Shown here piece after piece: positions 8,596-18,200 of a DNA stretch of 32,000 nucleotides. The notes below the pieces were generated by a model, which searched no databases, was not told where the DNA came from, and saw only the letters and a program-made list of their open reading frames with translations. Location of the stretch: positions 2,340,001 through 2,372,000 of the forward strand of contig CP178758.1 in the NCBI GenBank assembly GCA_047651235.1, given 5' to 3'. The position numbers were made by a program, and so were the translations under genes. The first letter of the stretch is position 1. Each line of letters opens with the position of its first letter. The stretch comes from Candidatus Electrothrix yaqonensis. Its GTDB lineage: Bacteria > Desulfobacterota > Desulfobulbia > Desulfobulbales > Desulfobulbaceae.

Positions 8596-9339
8596 ATGAT
8601 CTCAAAAATAACCCGATATTGTATTCTGCCGCTTCTGGTTGGTATGCTGGTTTCTCTTCCCTGCCAGGGAGAAGAAAACAAGATCAATAGAGCTGAGCTG
8701 GTCTGGTCCCAATGGGACGGACTGCGACACGAAATTTACACCAGTTCTCTGCAGAACGGCGAATGGACAGTCTGCATCAAGCTGACGGATAACAATGCCA
8801 ATAATCTGCATCCGGTTCTTGATACAGGACCGGACGGGACAAAATGGGCTTTCTGGACTGTTGTACGGCCTGACGGAATATCTGTAGAGTACGCATACTG
8901 CAAGGACGATGAATGGAGTGAACCTCAGAAATTACCCATAGAGCAGAACTCCGCTATCACTCCTTCGGTCTTAATAGATCCGGCTGGAAGGGTCTGGCTG
9001 GTGTGGGCCGGGAATGAAGGCGGGAATGACGATATTTATTACACCCGTTATCAGGGAACTTCCTGGAAAAAGCCCAAGGTGCTTCATACCGCAAATGAGG
9101 TTCCTGATATTCAACCGGACATAGCATATAACGATGAAAGGAAGATTGAGGTCAGCTGGCTGGGCTTTCGTGATGGCGTGTATAAAAAACTTGCTGCCGT
9201 TTATACGGAGGGAAGTAAGGGGTGGTCTCCTGAACAGGAAAAGGCGGAGTCCGAAAATGAAGACAGTACAGAAAATGACGAACTCCTCCTCCCTTCCTGT
9301 ATGCCGGCAGACAGCCAATATTTTCTGAAGATATATTGA
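8596..9339 (+). CDS. Secreted repeat protein (beta-propeller-like blades), function unknown
   Basis: There is a signal peptide ([16 protein letters not shown]). About four repeats of roughly 45 aa follow the pattern (V/A)W...DG...IYY....G.W..P..L: [30 protein letters not shown] and SKGWSPEQ. The C-terminal tail is acidic. A GGAGG SD lies upstream. Confidence 0.6.
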   Translation: MISKITRYCILPLLVGMLVSLPCQGEENKINRAELVWSQWDGLRHEIYTSSLQNGEWTVCIKLTDNNANNLHPVLDTGPDGTKWAFWTVVRPDGISVEYAYCKDDEWSEPQKLPIEQNSAITPSVLIDPAGRVWLVWAGNEGGNDDIYYTRYQGTSWKKPKVLHTANEVPDIQPDIAYNDERKIEVSWLGFRDGVYKKLAAVYTEGSKGWSPEQEKAESENEDSTENDELLLPSCMPADSQYFLKIY

Positions 9340-9370
9340 TGCAATAACAAACCGAAAGCAGGAGAGTTCA

Positions 9371-10342
9371 ATGAGACTGTTCGGGATTGTCACAGCAGGA
9401 ATAGCAGCCGTATTGGTCATGACCTTTTCCTGCCGGGCTGATGTGGTGGTCTGCTTCGGCGACTCTGTCACAGCAGGACATACACACGACAGCGGCTATC
9501 ATATCACCCCGTATCCGACCAACCTGCAGAAGCTGCTTGATACGGATTCGCCCGGCACCGGGGTTATCAATGCGGGGCAGAGCGGAGAATCCACTCTTGG
9601 CGGCGTATCACGTATCCAAGGAGTGTTGGACCAATATTCCCCCCGATATGTCCTTCTTATGGAAGGTGCCAATGATGTTATGGGCGGCATCTCGCCCAGC
9701 ACCACGGTATTCAACCTCAACGAGATGCTGAAAAAGATCCTTGCTGCCGGTGCTGTGCCGATTCTATCCACCATAACACCGAATAGCAGCAGTTCCTCCT
9801 TTCAGCCGGAAAACTATAATCCGGAAATAATTACCCTGGCACAGAACGGAGGCACTGCACTGGTTGACACCTATGCCAATATAATAGCCGACTGGCCGAA
9901 TCTCAATGTCGATGGAGTCCATCCTAACGAAGCAGGATCTCTGAGAATTGCACAGGGCTTTGCCTCTCAGCTCGTGAGTACACAGAATGCCTCATCCGGC
10001 GGAGGCGGAGGCAGCGGATGCTTTATTGCCACAGCAGCCTATGGAACGGCTCTGGAACCGCAGGTTGTCCTCCTGAAGAAATTTCGGGATATCTACCTGT
10101 TGACCAATAGAGCGGGACAGCAGTTTGTCGAGCTGTATTATACCTATTCCCCGCCGGTGGCGGATTTTATCCGGCATCATCAGGTGCTTCGTTTTCTCGT
10201 CCGCCTGCTTCTGCTGCCTCTGCTTGCACTCAGTTTCTTTCTGGTTGAATTTTCTTTTGTTGAGCAGATACTCACCGTCATTTCTGTCTCTCTGTCCTTG
10301 GTTCTTCTGATGAAGATGATACGACAGAGGCTGCATACATAG
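9371..10342 (+). CDS. SGNH/GDSL-family hydrolase with a C-terminal CFIATAAYG (CFI-box-like) membrane-anchor module
   Basis: After the signal peptide come SGNH blocks I ([11 protein letters not shown]), II (NAGQSGEST), III (MEGANDV) and V (DGVHPN). A Gly linker follows. The C-terminal module reads [51 protein letters not shown] and is followed by two hydrophobic segments (nt 10019-10342). Confidence 0.8.
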   Translation: MRLFGIVTAGIAAVLVMTFSCRADVVVCFGDSVTAGHTHDSGYHITPYPTNLQKLLDTDSPGTGVINAGQSGESTLGGVSRIQGVLDQYSPRYVLLMEGANDVMGGISPSTTVFNLNEMLKKILAAGAVPILSTITPNSSSSSFQPENYNPEIITLAQNGGTALVDTYANIIADWPNLNVDGVHPNEAGSLRIAQGFASQLVSTQNASSGGGGGSGCFIATAAYGTALEPQVVLLKKFRDIYLLTNRAGQQFVELYYTYSPPVADFIRHHQVLRFLVRLLLLPLLALSFFLVEFSFVEQILTVISVSLSLVLLMKMIRQRLHT

Positions 10343-10438
10343 TCTGTACTTTTTTCCATTCAAAGCACAAACAAACAGTGAACTGCCCCTGCATCAGACA
10401 ATGCAGGGCATTATCCGGGAGCCTTGCGGTAAATTATT

Positions 10439-11194
10439 ATGTTCAAAGGGCTGCACGTTGGTGTTGTCATGCCGGCCTACAACGCCGAAAAAACACTCAT
10501 TCAAACCTATGAAGAAATCATAGCCCAGGAAATTGTTGATACCATCATTCTGGTGGATGACAGCAGTTCCGATAACACGGTGGACGTGGCAAAGAAGCTG
10601 GACCGGGTTACAGTCCTTGAACATTCCAGGAATATGGGATACGGGGCCAACCAGAAGACCTGCTATAAAGCTGCGCTTGACGCAGGCGCAGATATTGTCA
10701 TTATGGTCCACCCGGATTATCAGTATACTCCCAAGCTGATTCCCGCAATGACCGCCCTTATCGGGAACGGGCTTTTTTCCTGCGTACTGGGTTCACGAAT
10801 TCTGGGAGGCAATGCCGTGTGTGACGGTATGCCGCTCTATAAATATATTGCCAACCGCCTGCTGACTTTTACGGAAAATATCCTGATCGGGGCCAAACTG
10901 TCCGAATACCATACAGGATACAGAGCCTTTTCCAGAAAACTACTTGAACAGCTTGATCTGTCTGTCAATTCTGATGATTTTGTCTTTGACAATCAGATGC
11001 TCCTGCAGATTATCTGGGCCGGGGAAAGTATCGGCGAGGTGAGCTGTCCGACTAAATATTTTGCAGAGGCATCATCCATTAATTTCGTTCGGTCTGTGCG
11101 TTATGGACTGGGCTGTCTGGCAGCAGCTGTTCAGTTCCGCCTTGCAAGAATGCACCTGATACGCTCCCCTCTCTTTACCCACAGATCAGAATAA
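10439..11194 (+). CDS. Family 2 glycosyltransferase (polyprenyl-phosphate sugar synthase-like)
   Basis: VVMPAYNAEKTL, ILVDDSSSDNT, GYGANQKTCY and MVHPDYQYTP form the GT2 / Dpm1-ArnC-GtrB-like signature. There are no C-terminal TM segments. Confidence 0.85.
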   Translation: MFKGLHVGVVMPAYNAEKTLIQTYEEIIAQEIVDTIILVDDSSSDNTVDVAKKLDRVTVLEHSRNMGYGANQKTCYKAALDAGADIVIMVHPDYQYTPKLIPAMTALIGNGLFSCVLGSRILGGNAVCDGMPLYKYIANRLLTFTENILIGAKLSEYHTGYRAFSRKLLEQLDLSVNSDDFVFDNQMLLQIIWAGESIGEVSCPTKYFAEASSINFVRSVRYGLGCLAAAVQFRLARMHLIRSPLFTHRSE

Positions 11195-12615
11195 TGCCAG
11201 CATACAGCAGCCCCCGGGCAACCGAAAAAAATACGATAAAGACGGGCGACCGCTGTGACGCAGCGGAAGTACGGAAATGGTTAGCTGCCGGGTGTCTGCT
11301 CTTTATTGCAGCAAATATCCTGCGCAGTTGGGCCGCTGTGAGCAGTATAGGGTTTCATATGGAAGACAGTATGCTGTTTTCCAGGTATTACGGTAACGTG
11401 GTGCCGATTACCGACGTGGGCAGAACGCTTTTCGGGCAGCCCTACAAAATGCTGATAACCAACCTTACTGCATGGCTTTTTGCCCATTTTGATGTCAGGA
11501 TACAGCCGTATCTGTACTTAGGGACAGGTTTTCTCTGGGGAACTTGTGCGGCCTGCTGTTTTTTTGCCTCCGGACTGATCCGTTCCCGCACAGTTCTTCT
11601 TGTCGGGCCCCTGCTGATGGGTCTGGTGGGGCTGAACCACATCTATTATTATACGACCTTGGTCTTTATTATGTACACATGCCTGGCTGTTCTGCTGGCA
11701 TTGTTTTTTTATCCTGCACCAAAATCTGTTTTCAGTACGCTGCTGTTCATTATAGCATGTCTTTGCCTGCCCTGGGCCGGGCCGTATTCAGTCGTGGTGC
11801 TTCCTGCCTCCCTGCTTTTTCTTGTTCTGTTCCGGCATGAGCTGGACAGGAAAAAACAATGGCCCCTGGTCCTAGCTGCGGGTTCCTCCTTTATTTATTA
11901 CCTGAGTGTTCAGGGCGGAACAAGCAATATCATGGGCATAACAAATAAGAAAATTGTCACCGCCTATTTTGCTTCGCTGCTTGACCGGATAATTTTCTTT
12001 GACCTGTTCAAGAGTGTTTCTCCGTGGTATTGGCTCGTGTTTCTCGCTGTTGTCGGCGGCAGTTTCTTTCTCTTCCGTAAAGATGCTGTCTTTATAAAAC
12101 ATTCTCTTGTCATGCTGGCCATTATCTTCGGCTCCTATGCACTTTTTTATTTAAGCAGTAAATACCCTATGTATAATTTCCCGAAACCCTGTCATATTTT
12201 TCTTTCTTTATTTTTCTGGTGCATTTATCTGCTATATTTTGCCGATCATCTTTTTCAGGTTTATGGTGAAAAAAAACAGGCGGCTGTTCTGTTCTGCCTG
12301 CTTGTCTGTCTGCTTATTATTGTTGATAATAAAAATTTTCCGTATAAACGCAAGATAAGATACCCCCTCCCGGATACAGGTGCATTTATCGCCGCGATTC
12401 ATACTATGGAACAGCGGGGGTTTGAAGAGAAAAACCAGTATGTTATTCTTCGTCAATACAGCTTTCCGTATCGTCTTTTCCGTCCGTGGGTGCAGGTCGG
12501 CAGCAGGCGTCCGGATGCGCAGCAGCTTCTCCGCAGCGACCTGCCGCCTGCTCTGCAGAATGCTTTTGTCAGTTCAACCAAGGAAAGAAGACCGGAAGTC
12601 GAAAAAATCGATTGA
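11194..12615 (+). CDS. Polytopic membrane protein of unknown function (possible lipid-linked-sugar-utilising transferase)
   Basis: 473 aa with ten or more hydrophobic segments. Its ATG overlaps the TAA of the GT2 gene by 1 nt (taATG at 11192-11196), which implies translational coupling. I recognise no motif. Confidence 0.55.
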   Translation: MPAYSSPRATEKNTIKTGDRCDAAEVRKWLAAGCLLFIAANILRSWAAVSSIGFHMEDSMLFSRYYGNVVPITDVGRTLFGQPYKMLITNLTAWLFAHFDVRIQPYLYLGTGFLWGTCAACCFFASGLIRSRTVLLVGPLLMGLVGLNHIYYYTTLVFIMYTCLAVLLALFFYPAPKSVFSTLLFIIACLCLPWAGPYSVVVLPASLLFLVLFRHELDRKKQWPLVLAAGSSFIYYLSVQGGTSNIMGITNKKIVTAYFASLLDRIIFFDLFKSVSPWYWLVFLAVVGGSFFLFRKDAVFIKHSLVMLAIIFGSYALFYLSSKYPMYNFPKPCHIFLSLFFWCIYLLYFADHLFQVYGEKKQAAVLFCLLVCLLIIVDNKNFPYKRKIRYPLPDTGAFIAAIHTMEQRGFEEKNQYVILRQYSFPYRLFRPWVQVGSRRPDAQQLLRSDLPPALQNAFVSSTKERRPEVEKID

Positions 12616-12738
12616 ATTTTTTTCCCTCTTCAGCTCGTGAATTTTTTCCTGTATGACAACATGACTGCATCGATGTAACACACCTCATATTTATCCTGCA
12701 ATCCTACAGAATAAACAAAAAATACTTGGAGCATAACT

Positions 12739-13623
12739 ATGGAACAGGGGCTTGCCAAGGCCAAAGTGCTGATCGAATCGTTGCCGTACCTGCGTGAGTT
12801 CAGCGGCAAAACCGTTGTCATCAAGTACGGCGGTCATGCCATGGTGGATGAGGAGCTGAAAAAAAATTTCGCTCTGGATGTCATTCTGCTCAAATATATC
12901 GGGATCAATCCGGTGATTGTGCATGGCGGCGGCCCGCAGATCAACCGCTTTCTGGAGAAAATGCAGATCACCTCAAACTATATCCAGGGTATGCGGGTAA
13001 CAGACGGCCAGACCATGGATGTGGTGGAAATGGTCCTGGTGGGTAAGGTCAACAAGGAGATTGTCGGGTTGATTAATCATTGCGGCGGCCGGGCGGTGGG
13101 GCTTTCCGGCCGGGACGGTGATCTTGTCCAAGCGAAAAAGATGAAGATCCTCAGCAAACCGGAGGCCGAGAATGCCCCCCCGGAACTCATTGATCTGGGC
13201 CGGGTCGGGGAGGTCACCAAGGTCAACCCCGAAATCCTGGAAACTCTGGATGCAAAGGACTTTATCCCGGTCATCGCGCCGGTCGGGGTCGGCGAAGACG
13301 GACAGGCGTATAATATCAATGCTGATCTGGTTGCAGGTGCTGTGGCCGCCGAGCTTAATGCGGCCAAACTGATTCTGCTTACCGATGTAGAGGGCGTCAA
13401 AGACAGTCAGGGCAACCTGCTTTCTTCCATCAGCGAGGGAAACATTGAGCGGATGATTGAAGACGGGGTAATCAGCGGCGGGATGATCCCAAAACTGCGC
13501 TGCTGCGCCTCCGTCCTTGACGGAGGGGTAAACAAGGCCCATATCATTGACGGACGGCAGGAACACGCCATTCTGCTGGAGATTTTCACTCATCAGGGCA
13601 TCGGTACCGAGATAACTGCCTGA
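12739..13623 (+). CDS. argB: Acetylglutamate kinase
   Basis: [38 protein letters not shown] and GGMIPK are canonical ArgB blocks. Confidence 0.93.
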   Translation: MEQGLAKAKVLIESLPYLREFSGKTVVIKYGGHAMVDEELKKNFALDVILLKYIGINPVIVHGGGPQINRFLEKMQITSNYIQGMRVTDGQTMDVVEMVLVGKVNKEIVGLINHCGGRAVGLSGRDGDLVQAKKMKILSKPEAENAPPELIDLGRVGEVTKVNPEILETLDAKDFIPVIAPVGVGEDGQAYNINADLVAGAVAAELNAAKLILLTDVEGVKDSQGNLLSSISEGNIERMIEDGVISGGMIPKLRCCASVLDGGVNKAHIIDGRQEHAILLEIFTHQGIGTEITA

Positions 13624-13826
13624 ATCCGCTCCAGTCCGATAAGACACGCGCTGTCAAAATAATGGATGGTTTCATCCGTCAATCTCCTGCTGCAGCTCTT
13701 CAGCATTGTAATTGCAGACCGGAACCTGATAGTGCCCCAGCACATCAATAATTGTCTTTTCGCAGGAGACGTTCTTGCACATTCTGTTCCTGTTCAATAT
13801 TTCTATCAATTTTCTGTCAACCGATT

Positions 13827-15143
13827 ATGCCCTCTTTCGGGAGCAATCACTCGTCTCATATCGAACGGTCCGTCGATCACATCTGCCTCTGTCCGGGCTG
13901 CGACCTGCTGCTGGAAAAGGCCAGGGCCACCTCCGAGCATACTGTGGTCTGTCCCCGCTGCTTGTACCGTCTTGACCGGAAGCGCCCGGATGCCATCCGG
14001 AGAACCTTGGTACTGTCGCTCACCGGGCTGCTGCTTTATCTGCCAGCAAATTTTTTTCCTCTGCTCAGCCTGAATATTCTCGGTGCGGAGATAACAAGCT
14101 CGCTGTTCCGCAGCACCTTAAGCCTGTTTGAGCAGGGAGAGTATCTGGTCGGTATTCTTGTGGTGCTGACCGGGTTTATCTGTCCGCTCATGATCCTCTC
14201 GCTTCTCTGCGCAGTTGCTGCCGGTCTGTTTTTCAACAGGAAAAGCAGGTGGATGTCCATCTTTCTGCACTGGTACCATCACCTGAATGAATGGGCAATG
14301 CCGGATATCTATCTCATTGCTGTCTTTATCACCATTATAAAAATACACTCTGCCGGAGCAATCGCCTTCAATGCAGGATTGTTCTGTTTCATCGGCTTGG
14401 TGATAACAACAGTAGCGGCGCAGGCATCTGCTAATGAACCCTTATTCTGGAGCAGACTGGAACGACAGGATGAACAGGAGAACCAGATACTTGCCATTGA
14501 CCCGGCAGCACGGACCGGTAAAGAGGCGCGGCTGCTGCTCTGTCCCACCTGCCATAAAGTTATCCAGTCGGAGGTTGCTGCCGGAAACAGAAACCCTGCC
14601 TGTCCCCGCTGCGGCGAACCGCTGCATCTGCGCAGGCGGAACAGCGTTGACCGGGCCTGGGCCCTGATCGTCAGCGCAGTCCTCTTTACTCTGCCAGCCA
14701 ACCTGCTCCCCATCATGTCGGTCTCCTCGTTCGGCAACCGCGCGGAAAGCACCATCATTGACGGCATCATTCATTTTTTCCAGGAAGGCTCCTACGGTAT
14801 CGGAGCCGTTATCCTCACCGCCTCTGTTCTGGTGCCTCTGTTCAAGATATTCGGCATGAGCCTGATCCTGATTTCCATCCACTTTCAACGGACAAGATGG
14901 CTCCGGCATAAGGCGATGATGTTCCGTTTTATCGCCTTTGTCGGGCGCTGGTCCATGCTGGATATCTTTGTCATCGCCCTGCTCTGTTCTCTGGTGCGGT
15001 TCGGCAGCCTGTCCTCGGTTGATGCGGCTCCGGCAGCCCTGTACTTCAGTGCTGTTGTCCTCAGCACCATGTTTGCGGCCATCAGCTTTGATACCCGGCT
15101 GCTCTGGGACAGCGCTGAAGAAGAGGCTTCGGAAAGCAGTTGA
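13827..15143 (+). CDS. pqiA: Paraquat-inducible protein A family membrane protein (two PqiA repeats)
   Basis: Two repeats are present. Each starts with a CxxC...CPRC zinc-ribbon-like motif (CPGCDLL..CPRC and CPTCHKV..CPRCG). Each is followed by LLLYLPANFFPLL or LFTLPANLLPIM and TM segments with W(A/S)M.DI(Y/F). The start is chosen at ATG 13827 and the ORF-track start is 13752. Confidence 0.85.
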   Translation: MPSFGSNHSSHIERSVDHICLCPGCDLLLEKARATSEHTVVCPRCLYRLDRKRPDAIRRTLVLSLTGLLLYLPANFFPLLSLNILGAEITSSLFRSTLSLFEQGEYLVGILVVLTGFICPLMILSLLCAVAAGLFFNRKSRWMSIFLHWYHHLNEWAMPDIYLIAVFITIIKIHSAGAIAFNAGLFCFIGLVITTVAAQASANEPLFWSRLERQDEQENQILAIDPAARTGKEARLLLCPTCHKVIQSEVAAGNRNPACPRCGEPLHLRRRNSVDRAWALIVSAVLFTLPANLLPIMSVSSFGNRAESTIIDGIIHFFQEGSYGIGAVILTASVLVPLFKIFGMSLILISIHFQRTRWLRHKAMMFRFIAFVGRWSMLDIFVIALLCSLVRFGSLSSVDAAPAALYFSAVVLSTMFAAISFDTRLLWDSAEEEASESS

Positions 15144-15159
15144 AAACTGTTGAAAGCGG

Positions 15160-15501
15160 TTAATTCGGCCGTTCTTCCGTGGTCCCCAGCACCTTGGCGA
15201 TAATTTCCCGTTTCATCGTGGCATGGGGTTCCGGGGCCTTCCAGATGATAAACTGCTCCAACACACGCATGTAATCACCGTTATCCTGTCTGCACTGCTC
15301 ACAGACAGAGCTTGCCTGATCACGGTACATGATGATTTTGCTGGCCGGTTCACCGGCAGAGTTGACAGCCGCCATTTTACGGCAGCCGCAGTTCAGCCGG
15401 ATCACGGCAACGCCCACGGCATCCGGGCTGCCTTCCAGGATTCCTTCAACCATTGCCTGTTCGCCCTGTTCCGGGCTGCGTATTTTTTTTTCTGCACTCA
15501 T
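15160..15501 (-). CDS. Hypothetical small protein with CxC...CxxC cysteines
   Basis: 113-aa ORF convergent with pqiA, with a 16-bp gap. It contains LNCGCRK and SSVCEQCRQ. I recognise no family. The coding call rests on ORF length and the absence of any competing gene. Confidence 0.45.
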   Translation of the reverse strand: MSAEKKIRSPEQGEQAMVEGILEGSPDAVGVAVIRLNCGCRKMAAVNSAGEPASKIIMYRDQASSVCEQCRQDNGDYMRVLEQFIIWKAPEPHATMKREIIAKVLGTTEERPN

Positions 15502-15654
15502 CGATAAAAAAAGCGGAATAAATTCAGCGGACCCGATATAGGCCGCAGTGTTTTGAACGATGCTGTTTCTGAGGGTTACTCGGTTATTTTCCGGAAAAAA
15601 ATGGCTTCCAGCAGATGGCCCCGGCTCCCCTCCGGTCAGGAAAGGAAGAAAAAC

Positions 15655-15789
15655 ATGCCCGGTATTCGCATAATCCGTTTACCGGAAAAGATTATTGAGG
15701 TTAAATACAATCCGACTGGCGATCATAATCGAAATCATCTGATTGAACAAGTTCCGCAGGCCCATCTCCCGGAGAGAATTATCCCATAA
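15655..15789 (+). CDS. Possible small ORF (44 aa) immediately upstream of the ArnT-like gene
   Basis: MPGIRIIRLPEKIIEVKYNPTGDHNRNHLIEQVPQAHLPERIIP. An AGGAAG sequence lies upstream. Its stop is 2 nt before the next ATG. No homology evidence is available. Confidence 0.25.
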   Translation: MPGIRIIRLPEKIIEVKYNPTGDHNRNHLIEQVPQAHLPERIIP

Positions 15790-15791
15790 CC

Positions 15792-17357
15792 ATGATGCAC
15801 TGCTGCCGGACAAAAGAACCAGGCGAGGAAGCAAACGCTATCTCACCAGCCTGGCTGATCATCGCTCTCGGCCTTGCCGTGCGTCTGCTGATCAGCGACC
15901 GGTTTCTGCTGGCCCCGGACGAGGCCCATTACTGGCAATGGAGCCGATACCCTGATATCGGCTATTATGATCATCCGCCCATGATTGCTTGGTGTATTTG
16001 GTTGACAACCCATGTTTTCGGGCACACGGAATTTGCCGTCCGCCTGCCCACGATTCTGGGGAATACAATCACCTCGGTCTATCTCTGTCTGCTGGCAGCC
16101 CGCTGGTTCTCCCGGCAGACCATCCTGCAGGTTGCTCTGCTCAGTCAGGGGGTTCTGCTGCTCAACGGCGCCGCCTTGATCGCCACCCCGGACGGCCTGC
16201 TGCTTCCCTGCTGGGCAGGGGCCTGTTATCATGCGGCCGTTGCCCTTGAACGCGATACCCTGCGGCAGTGGCTGCTCACCGGCATCTGGTTCGGTCTGGG
16301 CCTGCTCTCCAAATATACAATGCTGCTTTTTCTGCCCTCCCTGTTTTTCTGTATGCTCTTTACCGGGGCGTACCGGCAGCGGCTGTTGACCGTAAAGCCG
16401 TGGTCAGGGCTGCTCACCGGTCTGGTCCTTTTTACCCCGGTGGTGCTCTGGAATGCGCGGAACAACTGGGTCACCTTCCGGCATGTCCTTTTTCAGGGCG
16501 GAGTGGACAATGCCGCTCTGATCACTCCGGCATATCTGGGTGAGTTTTTCGGCACCCAGGCCGCTCTGCTTTCACCGCTCATCTTTCTGTTTATCCTTGT
16601 TGCCTGGTTCCGAGGCCGGGCTGGTCAACGGATAGCGCAAGAACAAGCCGCCTTTCTGATCTGGATGTCCCTGACCGGCTTTGCTGTTTTTGCCCTGCTC
16701 TCCCTGCACGTCCGGATTTACGGGAACTGGCCTGCTCCGGCCTACCTGACGGCACTCATCCTGACCGCAGCCCTGTACAGTCCGGGCCGGGCCGGAACTC
16801 CTGCCTCCAGATATCGGTTATGGAATATCGGCATCGGGCTGGCCTTTCTGCTTTCCATCCTTGTGACAGCACAGCTGCTGTATCCGGTGCTGCCGCTCAG
16901 GGCTGATCTCGACCGGACAGCCCAAGAAACCAAGGGCTGGGACACACTGGCCCGGATTCTGGACAACGAGCTGCAGCAGATGGAACGGCCGGATAAGACC
17001 TTCATCTTCGGTCTCCGCTATCAGTTTGCCGGGGAACTGGCCTTTTACATGCAGGGGCAGCCGCGCACAGTGTCCATCAACCGCTGGTCACGACCGAATG
17101 TCTATGATTTCTGGTTTGAGGATGCTATATTGATCGGCAAGGATGCAGTCGGTGTTTTTGAACATAAACCGGTGATTACCGTGCTGCCGGAAGTCTTTGA
17201 GCGGGTGGACCCGGTCAGGGAAATTACGCTCCGGCGGACAACGCCCTGGTTCGGCGAAGAAACAGTGCATACCCTGTACATGGCCCGCTGCTACGGCTTC
17301 AAAGGCGGTCTGAGATGGCTGCCCAAGGACCCTGACGACGTCCGGGCAATACGATAA
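15792..17357 (+). CDS. ArnT/PMT-like (GT39/GT83) dolichyl/undecaprenyl-phosphate-sugar-dependent glycosyltransferase
   Basis: LAPDEAHYWQWSRYPDIGYYDHPPMIAW...FGHTEFAVRLP and GLGLLSKYTMLLF are typical of the PMT_2/ArnT family. The N-terminal half is polytopic and the C-terminal domain is soluble. Confidence 0.85.
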   Translation: MMHCCRTKEPGEEANAISPAWLIIALGLAVRLLISDRFLLAPDEAHYWQWSRYPDIGYYDHPPMIAWCIWLTTHVFGHTEFAVRLPTILGNTITSVYLCLLAARWFSRQTILQVALLSQGVLLLNGAALIATPDGLLLPCWAGACYHAAVALERDTLRQWLLTGIWFGLGLLSKYTMLLFLPSLFFCMLFTGAYRQRLLTVKPWSGLLTGLVLFTPVVLWNARNNWVTFRHVLFQGGVDNAALITPAYLGEFFGTQAALLSPLIFLFILVAWFRGRAGQRIAQEQAAFLIWMSLTGFAVFALLSLHVRIYGNWPAPAYLTALILTAALYSPGRAGTPASRYRLWNIGIGLAFLLSILVTAQLLYPVLPLRADLDRTAQETKGWDTLARILDNELQQMERPDKTFIFGLRYQFAGELAFYMQGQPRTVSINRWSRPNVYDFWFEDAILIGKDAVGVFEHKPVITVLPEVFERVDPVREITLRRTTPWFGEETVHTLYMARCYGFKGGLRWLPKDPDDVRAIR

Positions 17358-17387
17358 CAACAACAGCCCCTTCGGGCGAGAACATAT

Positions 17388-18200
17388 ATGACATTCTTGC
17401 AGGCAATCATCCTCGGCATTGTCCAGGGATTGACGGAGTTTATTCCGGTATCCAGCTCCGGCCATCTGGTACTGGTGCCTCATTTCCTCGGCTGGCATTT
17501 TTCCAAAGAACAGGGGTTTATTTTTGATGTTCTGGTCCAGTGGGGCACTTTGTTTTCCGTATTTATCTATTTCCGGAAAGACCTGACAGCAATTACCACT
17601 GCATTTTTTCAGGGCATTCTCCGCTGCACTCCATTTGCCGAACAGGATGCGCGCCTCGGATGGTATCTGATCCTGGCAACCCTGCCGACCGTATTTTTTG
17701 GTCTGCTGGGCAAGGACCTTATTCAATATGCCTTTGCCAGTGCTGAGATGACCGGGTACTTTCTTTTTCTGACTGCCGTGCTGCTGGTGATTGCCGAGAC
17801 CGCAGGCCGACGCGACCGGAACATGGCCCAGGTCACCCGGCTCGACAGCCTCTGGATCGGCTTTTCTCAGGTGCTTGCCCTGCTGCCCGGTGTGTCCCGT
17901 TCAGGCGCCACAATCGCAGGCGGCATGACCCGGCATCTGGACCGGTCTGCTGCCGCCCGTTTTTCCTTCCTGATGTCCGTGCCGGTCATGCTGGGGGCGG
18001 GTGTGCTTGCCATTAAAGACTTGGTCGCACTGCCTGCGGCAGATGACTTTTTCCTGCCTCTGCTGGCCGGTTTTCTGGCTGCTCTGGTGTCCGGCTACAT
18101 CGCCATCCGCTGGCTGATCGCCTATCTGAACAGACACTCGCTCTACCTTTTTGCGGTATACTGTACGCTGCTTGGCCTGATAACGATTCTTTCCGTGTAA
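17388..18200 (+). CDS. uppP: Undecaprenyl-diphosphate phosphatase
   Basis: GIVQGLTEFIPVSSSGHL and PGVSRSGATIAGG are the two BacA/UppP signature motifs. 270 aa with about 8 TM segments. Confidence 0.93.
   Translation: MTFLQAIILGIVQGLTEFIPVSSSGHLVLVPHFLGWHFSKEQGFIFDVLVQWGTLFSVFIYFRKDLTAITTAFFQGILRCTPFAEQDARLGWYLILATLPTVFFGLLGKDLIQYAFASAEMTGYFLFLTAVLLVIAETAGRRDRNMAQVTRLDSLWIGFSQVLALLPGVSRSGATIAGGMTRHLDRSAAARFSFLMSVPVMLGAGVLAIKDLVALPAADDFFLPLLAGFLAALVSGYIAIRWLIAYLNRHSLYLFAVYCTLLGLITILSV

Noticed and set aside
13666-13776. A 36-aa minus-strand ORF (MCKNVSCEKTIIDVLGHYQVPVCNYNAEELQQEIDG) between argB and pqiA.
   Set aside because: It is too short, has no SD and I recognise no homology. It may be a chance ORF in the pqiA upstream region.
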